A stretch of 64,000 bases of DNA, taken from assembly GCA_030141605.1 (NCBI GenBank), contig JAQGDQ010000675.1, positions 50,610-114,609 of the forward strand, given 5' to 3'. A model generated the notes under the pieces. The model worked only from the letters and a program-made list of their open reading frames with translations, did not search any database and was not told the DNA's origin. Shown in pieces: positions 37,758 to 53,120 of this stretch (the stretch's first letter is position 1; each line of letters opens with the position of its first letter). Origin of the DNA: Tubiluchus corallicola. Lineage: Eukaryota > Animalia > Priapulida. Made by a program: the position numbers and the translations under genes.

Positions 37758-38427
37758 TTTCAAATTGTATTTAACTTTGAGCCATACATGTATGACACGT
37801 CTGATTATAAATTGATGCAAGTCCAGCAAACTTATTTTATCCAGAAAATTCATTATCCACATTAACTGTTAAACAAAGTAGAACGTGTTTAGTATTGCAC
37901 TGCGGCTATGTTTAATAAAACACTTTAAAAGTCAATTAAAGAACTGTGAAAAACATCGCAAATGGACCGTCTTGTGAACCTTTCTAGCATTGGGTACGGT
38001 TAGAGCTATTAGCTTTTCTACATTATTTTAACCCTGACCAGAACACAGACCCTATTCTCTCTCTCTGTTGATTCTACAAACACTCTTGTTAAGGTGCTCT
38101 AACTACCTGTCCACTTGACGAAAACACCTCGAGTGTCCGCATACTAAAAATCACTTTTCACCATATTTGGTGATATTGCCTTCAGGTAAGTTCCTTGTCG
38201 GCTTTACTGGCTTGTAATTAATGTTTTTGTCCTTGCAGGTGAGCACGCCATTGGTCAAGTGGTTATGGACAAGCAAAGGGTGTCATTTTGCGTGTCGTTA
38301 GACAGGTGTGTAACAAAGTCGTGTTTCTCGTGGCAGTTAATCAACCAAACAGGACAAATAAGTTGCTTAAAACTTGCGCCTGACTGACTGACCAAATGTA
38401 ATTCATTTAGCTGCATTGAATGTAATA

Positions 38428-39300
38428 AGCCCTTTCACAGGTTAAAGGTTAAGTATTTCAGACAACACATTTGTGTACATTTGACAACGCCACGCAGCCC
38501 ATGCTATTGTAATAGTAACAATGTATTGTAATAGTAACAGTTTTAACAGCTAGCCAGAACCTTACCTGTTAGTAAATCACTCTAAGTGCAGACTAATGCA
38601 TAATCAAGTAAAGTCCACATAAAACAACTGAAGTTGCTGAAATGATGCAGCAGACTGCTTTACTTTACACATATGACGTGATGTAATTGTAATTGTAATT
38701 TATTATCACTTCAGCATGTATTTTTACATTACAATTCGCATTATTATCTTTATAATTATTATGCCCTATAACTAGAAAATGAAATATAGTTACAATGATT
38801 GTAACAGAACTACATTAGTATACTATAGCATGGTATAGTTAGGGAAAAAATTCCAAATATAATTACAAAAATTTAACAGAAGTGTACTGACATAGTTACT
38901 AAACTACATAATAGTTTGTCAACAAGAAATAGATGCTGCATGGTGGTCAAGAAGCAAAGCTTGTAAGAAAACCATGAAAAGTGAAAAAAACGACTCAATT
39001 TACAAGAGAGAGAATTATAGAAAAACAGGGAGTAGTTAAGATAAAATAATAGACAGAGATAGAGAAAAAGAGAAAAGAAATGAATTAGAAAGAAGTTCAG
39101 CAGAGACACGATGCAAAATTATGAAAATGTAAATTGCAAAGTAACCAGTCGCAGGATTTACTGTGACTATCGGCAAAACCCAAAAATACTATCAGCAAAA
39201 CCCAAAACCCAATGATTATAGTTAAGACATGTTGTTGTGGTACACTTAACCTTTGACTTACAACAATTGCGCATGCGCACAACGAAATTGTGAAAAGGCT
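38428..39300 (-). mobile_element. AGCCTTTTCACAG MITE, copy D, interrupted by a ~530-bp insertion (about 38683-39215) resembling a LINE 3' end
   Basis: The two MITE halves rejoin across the insert. On the minus strand the insert ends aataaattacaattacaattac. Confidence 0.75.
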
Positions 39301-39518
39301 TGTTGCTATCACTTGCTGAGTACAGTTCCTTGTTTGGAATATTATACAGCTGTCATATTAGTACTTACTTCATCCCTTTCATCACCTTATTAGCCACTTG
39401 GCTTCTCCAGTCCTCAATCTTGACCAAGAAAGATCAACTGCTTGACTAAGTCTTCTTGATAATACTTCACAGTACTTGGTAGGTGTTTTGTCACTAGTAT
39501 CTCATAGTTGCACTAATA

Positions 39519-39901
39519 AGCCTTTTTGCAGTTGTGCGCACGCGTTGCTGCTCTAGGTCAAAGGTTAAGTGTAGCCGAGCAACACGTCTTAACTACAACC
39601 ATCTTGTGACACGTGTGTAAAGCAAAGCCTTCTGCTGCATCAGTTCAATAACTTCAGTTGTTTTATGTGGACTTTACTTACATTATGCATTAGTTTGTGC
39701 ATAGAGTAATTTACCAACAGGATCTTACTTGGCAATAAGAAAAAATGAACTGGGTAAGGTTCTAGCTAGCTTTTAAAACTGTTACTATTACGATAGCAAG
39801 GGGTGTGAGGCATTGTCAAGTGTACACAAATGCGTTGTCTGGTACACTTAACCTGTGACCTTTTCACGATCATCATCAATCGCTGGAACTGTGAAATGGC
39901 T
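39519..39901 (+). mobile_element. AGCCTTTTCACAG MITE, copy E
   Basis: TA-flanked TIRs; full internal homology to copy A. Confidence 0.85.
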
Positions 39902-39969
39902 TATTCATGGTTGCTCCGATTTTGACTGCAGTGTCTTCTGTACTGTGACTTTTGACTGCTGTTCATCAC

Positions 39970-40671
39970 TAGAGCAGCCCCATATTCATCAATAGAACAG
40001 CCCCATATTTATCAACAGGACAGCCCCATATTGATCAAAAGAATAGCCTCATATTCATCCATAGAATAGCTCCATATTGACCAAAAGAATAGCCTCATAT
40101 TCATCCATAGAACAGCCCCATATTCATCAATAGAACAGCCCCATATTCATCAATAGAACAGCACCATATTCATCAATATAACAGCCCCATATTCATCAAT
40201 AGAACAGCCCCATATTCATCAATATAACAGCCCCATATTCATCAATATAACAGCCCCATATTCATCAATATAACAGCCCCATATTCATCAATAGAACAGC
40301 CCCATATTCATCAATAGAACAGCCCCATATTCATCAATAGAACAGCCCCATATTCATCAATAGAACAGCCCCATATTCATCAATAGAACAGCCCCATATT
40401 CATCAATATAAAAGCCCCATATTCATCAATATAACAGCCCCATATTCATCAATATAACAGCCCCATATTTATCAGTATAACAGCCCCATATTCGTCAGTA
40501 TAACAGCCCCATATTCATTAATATAACAGCGTCATATTCATCAGTATAATAGCCTCATATTCATCAATAGAACAGCCCCATATTGATCAATATAACAGCC
40601 CCATATTCATCAGTATAATAGCCTCATATTGATCAATATAACAGCCCCATATTGATCAATATAATAGCCCC
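39970..40671. repeat. 23-bp minisatellite
   Basis: Unit aacagccccatattcatcaata(g/t). Confidence 0.95.
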
Positions 40672-41467
40672 GAGTCTCTTTCTTGGGACATCAGCTCACT
40701 AGACCTTCCCTGTCGTCAGTTTGTTTTCCCTTTTTTCTGTTTTAAACTCTCCCATTTTACGAGAAATATTACATCTAAGGATACCTCCAATTAATTCTCC
40801 TATTCGCAGCCAATTTTCAAGGTAGTTTTGGCATTCCACGGGGAAAATGCAATAAAAAACTCACGAAAAACGGAAATACTAAAGAAGTTATCAAAGCGCT
40901 GTGAGTGTATAACTCGTGCAAGTTCAAAGCATTGTATAATTAAGGCAATTACCTATGCAAATGTTCATTCGTAATTAAAAGCAACTAGATGTAGTTAACT
41001 TAGTAAACAGTGATAAGAGAACTAGGATAATTGTATTGATACCCTTAAAACCTAAAAAATGTACTTTTTTGACCTTGGATTTTTTATATCCGACAACCTC
41101 GTACACTGTGTAAAAAGAGCTTAAAAAGTTTGGAATTCTGATAATCATGCTTGTGAAAGCTTTAATAATTATTTGGATCATCTGGATTAAAAGAAAGAGC
41201 TGTCCTATTACTACTACTAAAAAATAGTCCGACAAATGCAGAAATCAACGAAGTGCATAATCACACAGTACTAATAATTATCATTACACTACTATTATTA
41301 TGGTAGTTGAAACCAAAGAGACTACGTAAAGTTTAGTTGAATGAGAAATTTCATATTTGCTAATGCTAATTTCTTGGACTTCTTAGATATTTCTTAGAGT
41401 CTTAAGTTTAGATGTTAGACGTTTTGCTAAGAAAGTATTGGAAATGGTAATTTGTACATCTCTTTAA

Positions 41468-41914
41468 CCCTTTTAGTCCCAAATTATTTTTTTAATAAGA
41501 AAATTTTTTTTGGCTTGTTCAGTATGTCCATCTTGTTTACACATAATAATTATTTTTTTCTACCTGTGCCCACGTGTGCTAAATATAGCCTGTATCCCAC
41601 GGGATACATTGGGATTCATTGCTTGCTAAACATGATAAAAAGCAAATGCTGATATTTTTTAAAGTATTTAAGACATTTAGTATGTGTGCTATGCTGATCT
41701 GTACAAAGTCATCTCTAAAGTACTGTACCTTACACAGTTTTTTGTGCTATGTAGATTTTTTAGTTTGCCATTTAATCACTATTTTAGTCTATTGTTATTG
41801 GCTTAAATCAAAATAACTATTAACAGGTCAAATAACTCTCAGTTTTAAAATTTTATTAATTTTAAAGGCGGAGGATATTCTCGTACCCCATGGGACACAA
41901 CGGGTATGAAAGGG
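41468..41914. mobile_element. piggyBac-like MITE
   Basis: TTAA TSD with CCCTTT...AAAGGG termini. Confidence 0.75.
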
Positions 41915-42359
41915 TTAATTGAAATTGTTATAATCGTAATGATTTGAAGTTCAATGATTTTAACGAAAAGCTCTGCGGGCTTTCTCTTTTACAGAAAATA
42001 CGACTAGTTGTGAAATATGTATATTACAGTGAAAACCTACGCCAATTTAGACCTTGGGATTTTTTTATATAGATCTGCCTAAATTGTACAAAAGAGCTAA
42101 CTGGTAAATAACTTAAAATGAGATTAGTAATCACACTTTTAAGTAAAAGTTACTAAAAGTAGCTATCATTTAACAAAAGAATGTCTATTCCAAGTATATT
42201 TTTGATGAATTAGAAATTGCATTAATTAATATACTATGCTAAGTCTGGTATCTTATTAATCACGTAAACTTGCAAATGATAACCTGAACGTTCTTTAACT
42301 TAAATTGCTGTTACCACTACTAACATTTAAGGATGCATTGGGTTCTAAAATTCAAAGCC

Positions 42360-43820
42360 ACTGTCTACAATATGGATAGTTGTGAAATGTATACGTTAAG
42401 CAGTATGCACTGTCTATAAGATGAATAGTTGTGAAATGTATACATTAAGCAGTATGCACTGTCTACAATATGGATAGTTGTGAAATGTATACATTAAGCA
42501 GTATGCACTGTCTATAAGATGAACAGTTGTGAAATGTATACATTAAGCAGTATGCACTGTCTACAATATGGATAGTTGTGAAATGTATACATTAAGCAGT
42601 ATGCACTGTCTATAAGATGAATAGTTGTGAAATGTATACGTTAAGCAGTATGCACTGTGTATAAGATGAATAGTTGTGAAATGTATACGTTAAGCAGTAT
42701 GCACTGTCTATAAGATGAACAGTTGTGAAATGTATACATTAAACAGTATGCACTGTTTATAAGATGAACAGTTGTGAAATGTATACATTAAACAGTATGC
42801 ACTGTCTATAAGATGAACAGTTGTGAAATGTATACATTAAGCAGTATGCACTGTCTACAATATGGATAGTTGTGAAATGTATACGTTAAGCAGTATGCAC
42901 TGTCTATAAGATGAATAGTTGTGAAATGTATACATTAAGCAGTATGCACTGTCTACAATATGAATAGTTGTGAAATGTATACGTTAAGCAGTATGCACTG
43001 TCTATAAGATGAATAGTTGTGAAATGTATACATTAAACAGTATGCACTGTCTATAAGATGAATAGTTGTGAAATGTATACGTTAAGCAGTATGCACTGTC
43101 TATAAGATGAATAGTTGTGAAATGTATACATTAAACAGTATGCACTGTCTATAAGATGAATAGTTGTGAAATGTATACGTTAAGCAGTATGCACTGTCTA
43201 TAAGATGAATAGTTGTGAAATGTATACATTAAACAGTATGCACTGTCTATAAGATGAATAGTTGTGAAATGTATACGTTAAGCAGTATGCACTGTCTATA
43301 AGATGAATAGTTGTGAAATGTATACATTAAACAGTATGCACTGTCTATAAGATGAATAGTTGTGAAATGTATACGTTAAGCAGTATGCACTGTCTATAAG
43401 ATGAATAGTTGTGAAATGTATACATTAAACAGTATGCACTGTCTATAAGATGAATAGTTGTGAAATGTATACGTTAAGCAGTATGCACTGTCTATAAGAT
43501 GAATAGTTGTGAAATGTATACATTAAACAGTATGCACTGTCTATAAGATGAATAGTTGTGAAATGTATACGTTAAGCAGTATGCACTGTCTATAAGATGA
43601 ATAGTTGTGAAATGTATACATTAAACAGTATGCACTGTCTATAAGATGAATAGTTGTGAAATGTATACGTTAAGCAGTATGCACTGTCTATAAGATGAAT
43701 AGTTGTGAAATGTATACATTAAACAGTATGCACTGTCTATAAGATGAACAGTTGTGAAATGTATACATTAACAACTATGTACTGTCCACAACATAAACAG
43801 TTGTGAAATGTATACATTGC
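42360..43820. repeat. 49-bp minisatellite (~30 units) with a 98-bp dimeric higher-order block
   Basis: Unit ctgtctataagatgaatagttgtgaaatgtatac(a/g)ttaa(a/g)cagtatgca. Confidence 0.95.
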
Positions 43821-43840
43821 AGTGAAGACTAATGTCTTTA

Positions 43841-44548
<708 letters not shown>

Positions 44549-45049
44549 TCAATATGGGATCACATATTTTAAAGGCACTTGTTAAATTAGATTAATTATG
44601 AGCACTTTATCTAAATATACTCCATCTTTGACTGAAAACTGTTAGATCTCAATTTCTTGAAAAGTCCAATGATGCTCAGATGATGAAGCAACAACAGGTC
44701 TGGAATGGAGGTGGCTGGTAAGTTTGTTGTTCTCAGTCTTTGGTATCAATAAATCTAAAATAAAAGCAAAAAAACATTAGCAAGTTGCACATCAAATGTG
44801 TAAGTTCAATAAATTCTCAATTACCATTTTTTGTCAATGTGCAATGTCAATTGAGTTTATTTCACACACATCACAGGAAGCAATTACAAAATTAAAATTT
44901 TTCCGAATTAGAATTACTAATAGATTTTTTGCTATTAACTGGTCTCTCATTACGCTTTCTCTTGCACTTACTTAATCACTTGTTCTCCTCTGATACTTCA
45001 TCTTCCTCCTTTTACTTTCGTATAAAATTTGTATGATTAATCCGTTGTG

Positions 45050-45445
45050 TATTTTATACAAGTGTAATCTTAATAAAACATGGCTACAACAGGTTACTGA
45101 ACACTTTATAATCATGAGCACAGTTTTTCTTAGTTCTCGCTCCATTTCATCTTTCATTCACTACTCCCCCCCCCCCCACTTTTATGTATATATTATCATT
45201 ATTTCAATTATTAATCACTTCTTCAAGATTTCCACGTACAGTTTGGCCTGTCAAGCTATGCTTTTAGGCTCAAACTGTATGCATTAAAATTATTCTGTAA
45301 TGTAATTTGCACATGTATATGCTGCATAAGAATCTCTTTTGTAATTTCTGGATAATATTGCATTTATATTTATATTTTCTTCAGTGAAATTACCTGTATT
45401 TTTATTATAACTGTTAGATGCAGAGTGGAAATAAATAAACTTATG
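45050..45445 (+). mobile_element. Short 3'-UTR-only copy of the same LINE family
   Basis: Reverse-complement match to 27225-27590, including tacagtttggcctgtcaagctatgcttttaggctcaaactgta and the C-run. Confidence 0.8.
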
Positions 45446-46496
45446 AATAAATAAAAATATAAAAACGTGCACTAGAAGAGATTAATAAACATGTCTACGT
45501 CTATAATAGATATAAATAAATTAATATTTACTTCAAGGCATTAGCAGAAATAAATACTTTATAAAAAATTTAGCACGAATATTCCAAAAGTTGTAAAAAA
45601 ACTGAAAATGTCTATTCATTAAATTAATTTAAATTTATGCTGTTGAAATTTGTTTTGATCCATCGTAATAGTATTCGACAACAACATATTAAAATGTGCA
45701 CAAATTAAGCAGTTATAAAGCTGACCTATAATTATAATTTAATAAGGCCATGAAGAAAAAATAACTAAGTTACAATAATTACAATACTAATGAATCTTTT
45801 TCTAAACAAATTTGAAACTTTAAATTTAAATTTAGAAAAAGATCAATTTAAATTCAAATTTTATAATTAAAAATATAATACATACCAATACTGGAGCATC
45901 AACGATTCTTAATATCACATTTCCCACAGTTACACAACGTACATTGTTCCCTCACTAAACCGCTCTCAGAATCAAACGTGCTCTTAACACCAACACAACT
46001 ATAAATCTCAGGTAGGTGGAAAATGAGAGAGAGACAGGTATGAGAAATGGTCACTCAGGTAGAACAAGTCTCTGCCTGCAGCACAAAGTCATGCTGGTGG
46101 CTTTCTGAACTTTTACAAAAGGACAGCCTGATTATTAGCTGTTGTTTGTCACTAATGCATCACCAGCCAAGGTGTCAGTTGCTATTAACATACTTAATGA
46201 AAACGCTCATTAACTAAATGTTTTTAGCAATTAATCAATGACTAAATTAGGTTTGTGTGCCAGCAGTCTTGTGTAGTCTATTATATGTTATATATTATCT
46301 AAACGAAATGACTTTACTTTTAGAACTAATAGTGTAATAAGTAATTTTAAATTTGCGAATAGCACAGTTAAAACTAAAGCACAATTTCAATCGCATTGTA
46401 CTGTATTGTATTGGACAGTTACTGTATTGCCACAGTTTTTATGGATCGCAAAATTGGAAGCTTGATATAAGTTGTATAAATGTTATTGATACAATA

Positions 46497-46998
46497 ATTG
46501 TTGGCATCCTTCTGCCTCGGAAGACAATGGAGTGTGTGTCAAGAGAGTGCAGCACGATCCCTTGAACGTCTCCAGGGCGCACGCCTGGGCAAGGTGTATG
46601 GAGATCCTGAGTTGCCCAGACAACAGGAACCCCCTCTCTTTCTCCCTGGTGTAGTCCAACGGAAAGCGGAGCGATACGTTTGGCACCAGGTTGGCTGCAG
46701 GAGCTGCCGGAGTCAGTGAGCATGCTGCACTGGTCCGCCTTTGGGGCACCACTCCTGATTTGGAAGGTTTACTCCTCTACACATGGCCGTTGGGTCACTT
46801 GACCTCCTCCGCCCCCTAGCCAATGGCTGCTTGTGCAGCTCCTCCACCTAGTGTCGAGATACAGTGCGGGCATCCCCCAAGCCTACAGCATCTGGTATTC
46901 CTAGGCGGTCACCCATCCAAGTACTAACCAGGCTATATGTTGCTTAACTTCGGAGATCAGACGAGAACCGGTGTTTTCGAAGTGATTTGGCCGTAGTC
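46497..46998 (-). mobile_element. 5S rRNA-derived SINE (SINE3 type), 502 bp, 11-bp TSD
   Basis: 46998-46880 is a full-length 5S-like head (gactacggcc...gatctccgaagttaagc...ttagtacttggatgggtgaccgcct...gctgtaggc). It has no oligo-T terminator and continues into a GC-rich body ending ccaacaat. TTGATACAATA flanks it at 46486-46496 and 46999-47009. Confidence 0.88.
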
Positions 46999-47669
46999 TT
47001 GATACAATACAGCCTGGAATATTGGTGTTAGAAAGTTACGGCAATTACCATATCGTTACTCATAGATATATATATACTACCGCATATTAGCAAAATTATG
47101 CTTTATGAAAACCAATGTAAAAATTGGTCCTAGAAATGCGATAACCAAAGAGGTTATGCTAGGTGCGAGCACATGTCGTAGGTTGTACTGAAGTGTATCG
47201 CAAAGTAGCGGCCGACCAGCAAGTGGCACATGGCATTTGTTAGTATATGTAGTTTATACTAGAGAAAAGAGTTGTATAATATATGTGAAAAAAGGAAAAG
47301 TAAGGCAGGTCAGTAAGAACAGGATAGCGATAAATAAAAGTTTTGGAAAAAAGAAGGTCATGGGGACAGGTTTATACATTATAGTTTTAGTAATTTGGGA
47401 AGTTTTTGCTTTTATGGTTATTGTTAGGTTTTTTATTTTTATAAAGATTATCCATGTTTATGTTTGGTGCATTGAAATAGATTTTGCTTTCCAAAGTTGA
47501 CATTGTTATCGTTGAAATTTTTAGCTTTTTTTATATTCTCATTTATGCAGGAGTGTAATTATAATCATAAAATTAGTTTGTATTAATGGAGACAAATTTT
47601 ACATACATATAGTTATAATATTTTGCAAGGAGTATGTTATGAAAGGAGTAAGGAAGACAAAAACAAATA

Positions 47670-48000
47670 CAGTCAACCCTCGTTAAACCGGACTAATTGG
47701 GGGGGGGGGGGGGTCCAGTTTAGCCGATTGTCCGATTTATCCGATATGCCTATATATGGTCTATATTATACAGGAATAATTACCTTAATAAGGCCTATAT
47801 ACATTGCACTATATACTATACTGTATATTACTTTAAAATAGTTAACCTGTGAGGATAAAGAAATTATTGTACAGTTGGTAGGCCGTGTTGTGTTTAGCGC
47901 TCGGGCTCGGATAGAAATCGGACAATTTCCTTTACCACGGATGACGTCCGTCTTATCCGATATCCGGGCCAACGGGGTCCAGTTTAACGAGGGTCGACTG
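47670..48000. mobile_element. Tc1/mariner-pogo (Tigger-like) MITE
   Basis: TA TSD; TIR cagtcaaccctcgttaaaccggac/gtccagtttaacgagggtcgactg. Confidence 0.88.
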
Positions 48001-48654
48001 TACAGCTTTTGGGAGTGGTCAGGAGGAACTTGAGAGTCGAATTTCGGCTGCTACTCCTCTAGTTACCTAGTTACCAGTTTGATATTAGATTTGCTAAAAT
48101 TTATACATCGTGTCTAGCTAGTCCAATTACATAGTAATATTAATGTCATCTCAACATAATGCTATGTATGTATCTATACTGCTAATAGTCATGATCTATA
48201 CTGCTAATATACTGAAATGCTTCTACTGTTTGTTTATCGTCTGCACTCTTCTAAGTGTGACGGTTCATCGGCAACAATGTTTACCAGTTGCAAACTGTCT
48301 CTTCAAGCCATATTGTGATCTTTGCTATATTGTATCATTACAGGATATAAAAAAATGAATAGGCCTACAGAGAATTCCAATTGTATAGATCATGAATATA
48401 GAATTCATGATGAATTTTATCTTTTTCTAACAAACCTAATGAAAACCAGTTCATTACCTTTTCAGCTACAACTGGACAAGTAATATCAAACTACAGATGT
48501 GCTTAAGTTTATTTTTCCTTTCCAAAATGATGACTTGTGAAAATCGAAAGTACTCAACTAATCCTGTTTTCACCAACTTTGTATGTTAAAGAGAAGCTAA
48601 GTAATGACATGTACAGTTACTACTGCACTAAAAATGCAAAGAAGTTAGTGTTAC

Positions 48655-48820
<166 letters not shown>

Positions 48821-51800
48821 ACATATGCAACTTATAAAAATATTAAAAAAATCCACATTTTACAATACATTAAAGGACAAGATTAGTGATGTTTCAAATG
48901 CAGCTGAAAAAACTCGAACTGAAATTTTACATCGTCTAGGTGTAATCTCACTATAAACACACTTTACATTTTGAGTAGCACTATGCAAAACTTGAAAGTT
49001 TAAACTCCTGCACTGACTACTAGATGGAGCCACTCAACAATCAAAGCAAGTTCTGTTAACACACTTACACTCTTTATTAAAGCATTTCACCCTGTACTGA
49101 CCACTTTTTAAAGTACAAAACTCTATTGCATTTAACTGTTGTATTTTTAAAAAAAATTCGCTTAAAATAATTTTAAAATAGCTTCTGTTACAAAACTATA
49201 AATTTGTTGAAAGTCACTAGAAGTGATGTCGTTTGCCTTAAAACTATAGATCTATTTCGTAAAATCTGGTGGTCTAGTGGCTGCAGCTTCACCATCATAG
49301 CAAATTAAGATATATACTAACATGTGAGTCACTCTAGGAAAGGAATTATATGCCATATTATATGATTAAAAGTTTAAGCAGAGGAGACATGTAGAAAATG
49401 TTAGTTTTATATGTTAGAATAACTTTTTTGGAAATGGTGAAAGTAAAATGTCAAAATGAAAAACTAAAGCAACAAACAATACTTTTACAAAAAAATAGAA
49501 TACTGGGATCAAACAGCATAAAATCTGACACATGCCGCCTTAATATCAGTTTTTGAAAAAACAAATTTTGAGGTATTGTTTGTTCCATTTGAGATCGGCA
49601 GTCGCGGTTTTATTTCTGTCGACAATTACAATATACCTCAAATACTTTTCAAGAGGTGCCATTACAATGGAAAATTATCTGAAATGCCAAGAGACTTAAT
49701 GAAACTCGCCATCATTTTATCACATTTTCTATTCTAAATTCTCGCCAGATTGGCAAGCTCCATCTTTAACATCTGCGCCAAACACATCAGGTATGTTCAG
49801 TATAAATTGCAATACCTAAGTTTTAATAGATTTAGTTACTTTATAATAAATTTACCCTTTTGATACTGCAGAATGCTAGTGTTTGTCATATAAGTGTTGT
49901 CATATATATGTGGGACATATGTGAGCTTGCATAGCAAAATCATTGTTAATGATAACCATTGTTTTTTATCGCGTTTCTACAACAATACGTACGAAAGTGT
50001 GGTTGCTATGGATTTTACAAGAGCAAGTTGAAGTTAAGTTTAAATGCAGTAGACGGCTCTTCCTGATGAAGATTTGGGCTTGTCAACAGTAAAAAGCCAA
50101 AGCAAAAGGGCTGCTTCCACGAGCTACAATTAGAGTTAGACAATACAAGTTTTTTTACGCTTGCAGTACTAGTTCTAGACAGAAAAGTGGGCAAGGAGTT
50201 TGGACATTTTTTGGACATTTTCCTGATAATTTTATGCTAGAATACAAAATTTAACATATTTAGCATTTGTTTTCATAAAAAATAAAAAATTGACATTTGA
50301 CCAGATTTTTCATGCATTCTACTTTGAAGCATCATAAATGGACAGTTTTGGATTGCAAGCACACATATATTTGTCATATATATGTAAAATTTGCAATGTA
50401 CAAGCTAATATGTATTTAATGTATGTTCATCACTGGACGGGAATCATCAACTGTACACTCCTATAGATCGGGGATGTTGCATCTTTTAGATTTTGTTGTT
50501 TACTCCAAAAAAAATTTCAATATAAAAAAACAAAATAATGGCAGTAGAGAAGAAATAACTAAATTAACCATGCATTACATATGTTGCATTGCTCTCATTA
50601 AAATTATGGCGAATTAGCAATTTTTTAACTTACCATTTCTTGGAGTATTGAAAATCTCTCTCTGTTTCAGTGGTGCTTCCCATATAAGGTAAAAATTAAT
50701 GAAGGTACATTTTTGATCATCATGCGTTCAAAGTTTAAGCGAGCAAAAATAATTATTGGTATGCATGCAAAGTTCCGAGGTGTTGAAAATCGTGTGATTA
50801 TCACACCATGTGGGCAACCATGAAAGGATCCGATGACAGAAATACCCAGGTAAAAACCAATTTCTTCTCTGGCAATGTGGGAAATCTTAGGTGGACACAG
50901 TTGCTACCTGCTGCTAACTGTAGGAGTGCAAAAAAGCAAAAAAGTCTTCAGCAGTTTTGACTGGGATGAGTTTTAGTTGCGTGTGTATCTAGTTACATAA
51001 TTTTGTTTACATTTATGTGTATATAAAGCACACTAAAATTTAATAGTAAGGAATATCTTAAAGGACAAGAAAATAGTTTTCATAGGCAAGGTAAAAAATT
51101 CTCTCGAAATTTTGTATCATTACATGTTGTCTTATCGAGTATTTGCGTTAGCAGTAACTCTGTACAAAACCGCAAATTGAAACTCCTGCAATGACCATTA
51201 GGCACAGCCACTTTAGCAGCAAGCTATTTGATACAAGTTTAGATAACATTGTGTAAACACTGAAAAATGACCAGAACATCTGTAACACACCATTGCTAAC
51301 TAAACAAAAGTATAAAATACTTTCTGTTGTCAATAAGACCAATTAAATGAATTATGTGTTCTTATTTAACCAGCACACCGGTACGGTGATACAGCGACAA
51401 TTTACTAGGTGGCACAAACATTTTAAATCATTAAGAATCTTTGTTTCCAATTACATAAAGTCTTTCGAATACGTTAGTTTAATGTTAAATAATATAATTT
51501 TGAATTGAAAAGTTTTTTGGAATATACTTTGAAGTTCCGTTTTCTTCCCCTTTCATACTAAATTTTGTATACCATTCTAGCTTCTAAAAGTAAAAGTATG
51601 CATTACCTGTTTACTCTATAATCCAGAGACGGGGGTGTTATCATGAATGCTATTTGCCCCTCCACTATACTAAACTACTTAAATTCTTAAACTGAAATGT
51701 TAAAGATTGCTTAGATGTTTTCCCAAATAATTGTCCTAGGTTCGCACCTAGCACTGCTACCAAACAATATGGGAGCTCCGCCAGAAATAAACGAAGTAAT

Positions 51801-51969
51801 TTTAGTTTGTTCAACTGTGTTTTCCTTGTCACCGCTAACGCCCTGAAGGGTTCGACTGCGGCAAGAAAGTCACGTAGGTTTTGCTGGATTTTACTAAAAA
51901 GAGGCCAGTTATTTTGCTACCTTTAACAGTGCAGGCATTTTAAAATCGTTTTGATGACTAAATGTTAGA

Positions 51970-52150
<181 letters not shown>

Positions 52151-52829
52151 CGGTTATAATTTTATTATATTTTTATAATATTCCCGTATTGTTTCTAGTT
52201 CTACTAAATGTCATACTATGTTCTTATCAAAACAACGCTAATTTGAATTTGTTTATTTGTTACCGCTAGTTATTGTTTACTTTATTGTGTAACGCTAGTT
52301 AATTTGTTTACTTTCACTCTTTTTTTGGCAAACAACTTGATAGCATATATATAAAAACTTACCAAATTTATATAGATGAAAATTATGTATGTAGATGATA
52401 ATTATCTACGATTACTTAACAGACAGCTTTACATCATTATTTAACCTGCTATGTAAACCAGTGCCCAAATTAACCAACCTTACTGCCAAATAAAGGGTAG
52501 CTGCCTTGACGACTTTTTAGTCAATTCGCAAGCCTATCTAGTTGACTTTATATTTATTTTAATAACACACTTATTACTCTAATTATGTTTGTATTTTTAG
52601 TACATGTATTCGCTCCTGAAATGTTGTCGTTGTTGCTGTTATTGTTATTGTTATTATTATCACTATTCTCAGTCTAATGTTTGATTGGTGGACAGAGTTT
52701 TTTTATTCTGATGCAATTTTTAGTGATTCTGTAATGTAAAATGAATTTTTCACTGTGTAATTTTTCTGATATGACAATATGTTTTATTTAAAGTGGTGAT
52801 GTTGGTGTGGATTGCAGGTTTATGTGCAG

Positions 52830-53073
52830 AAGTGTGTTGTTGCTGCTGTTGCTGTTTGTCGTTGTTGCTGCTGCTACTATTGTTGTTGTTGATGCTGCTG
52901 CTGTTGTTGTTGTTGCTGCTACTGCTGCTGCTGTTGTTGTTGTTGCTGCTGCTGCTGTCGTTGTTGCTGTTGCTGTTGCTGTTGTTGCTGTTACTGTTGC
53001 TGTTGCTGTTGTTGTTGCTGCTGCTGCTGCTGCTGTTGTTGTTGTTGTTGATGCTGCTGCTGCTGTTGCTGCT

Positions 53074-53120
<47 letters not shown>

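Noticed and set aside
46880-46998. Functional 5S rRNA gene
   Set aside because: It has substitutions relative to canonical 5S and no oligo-T terminator, continues into a SINE body, and the whole unit is TSD-flanked.
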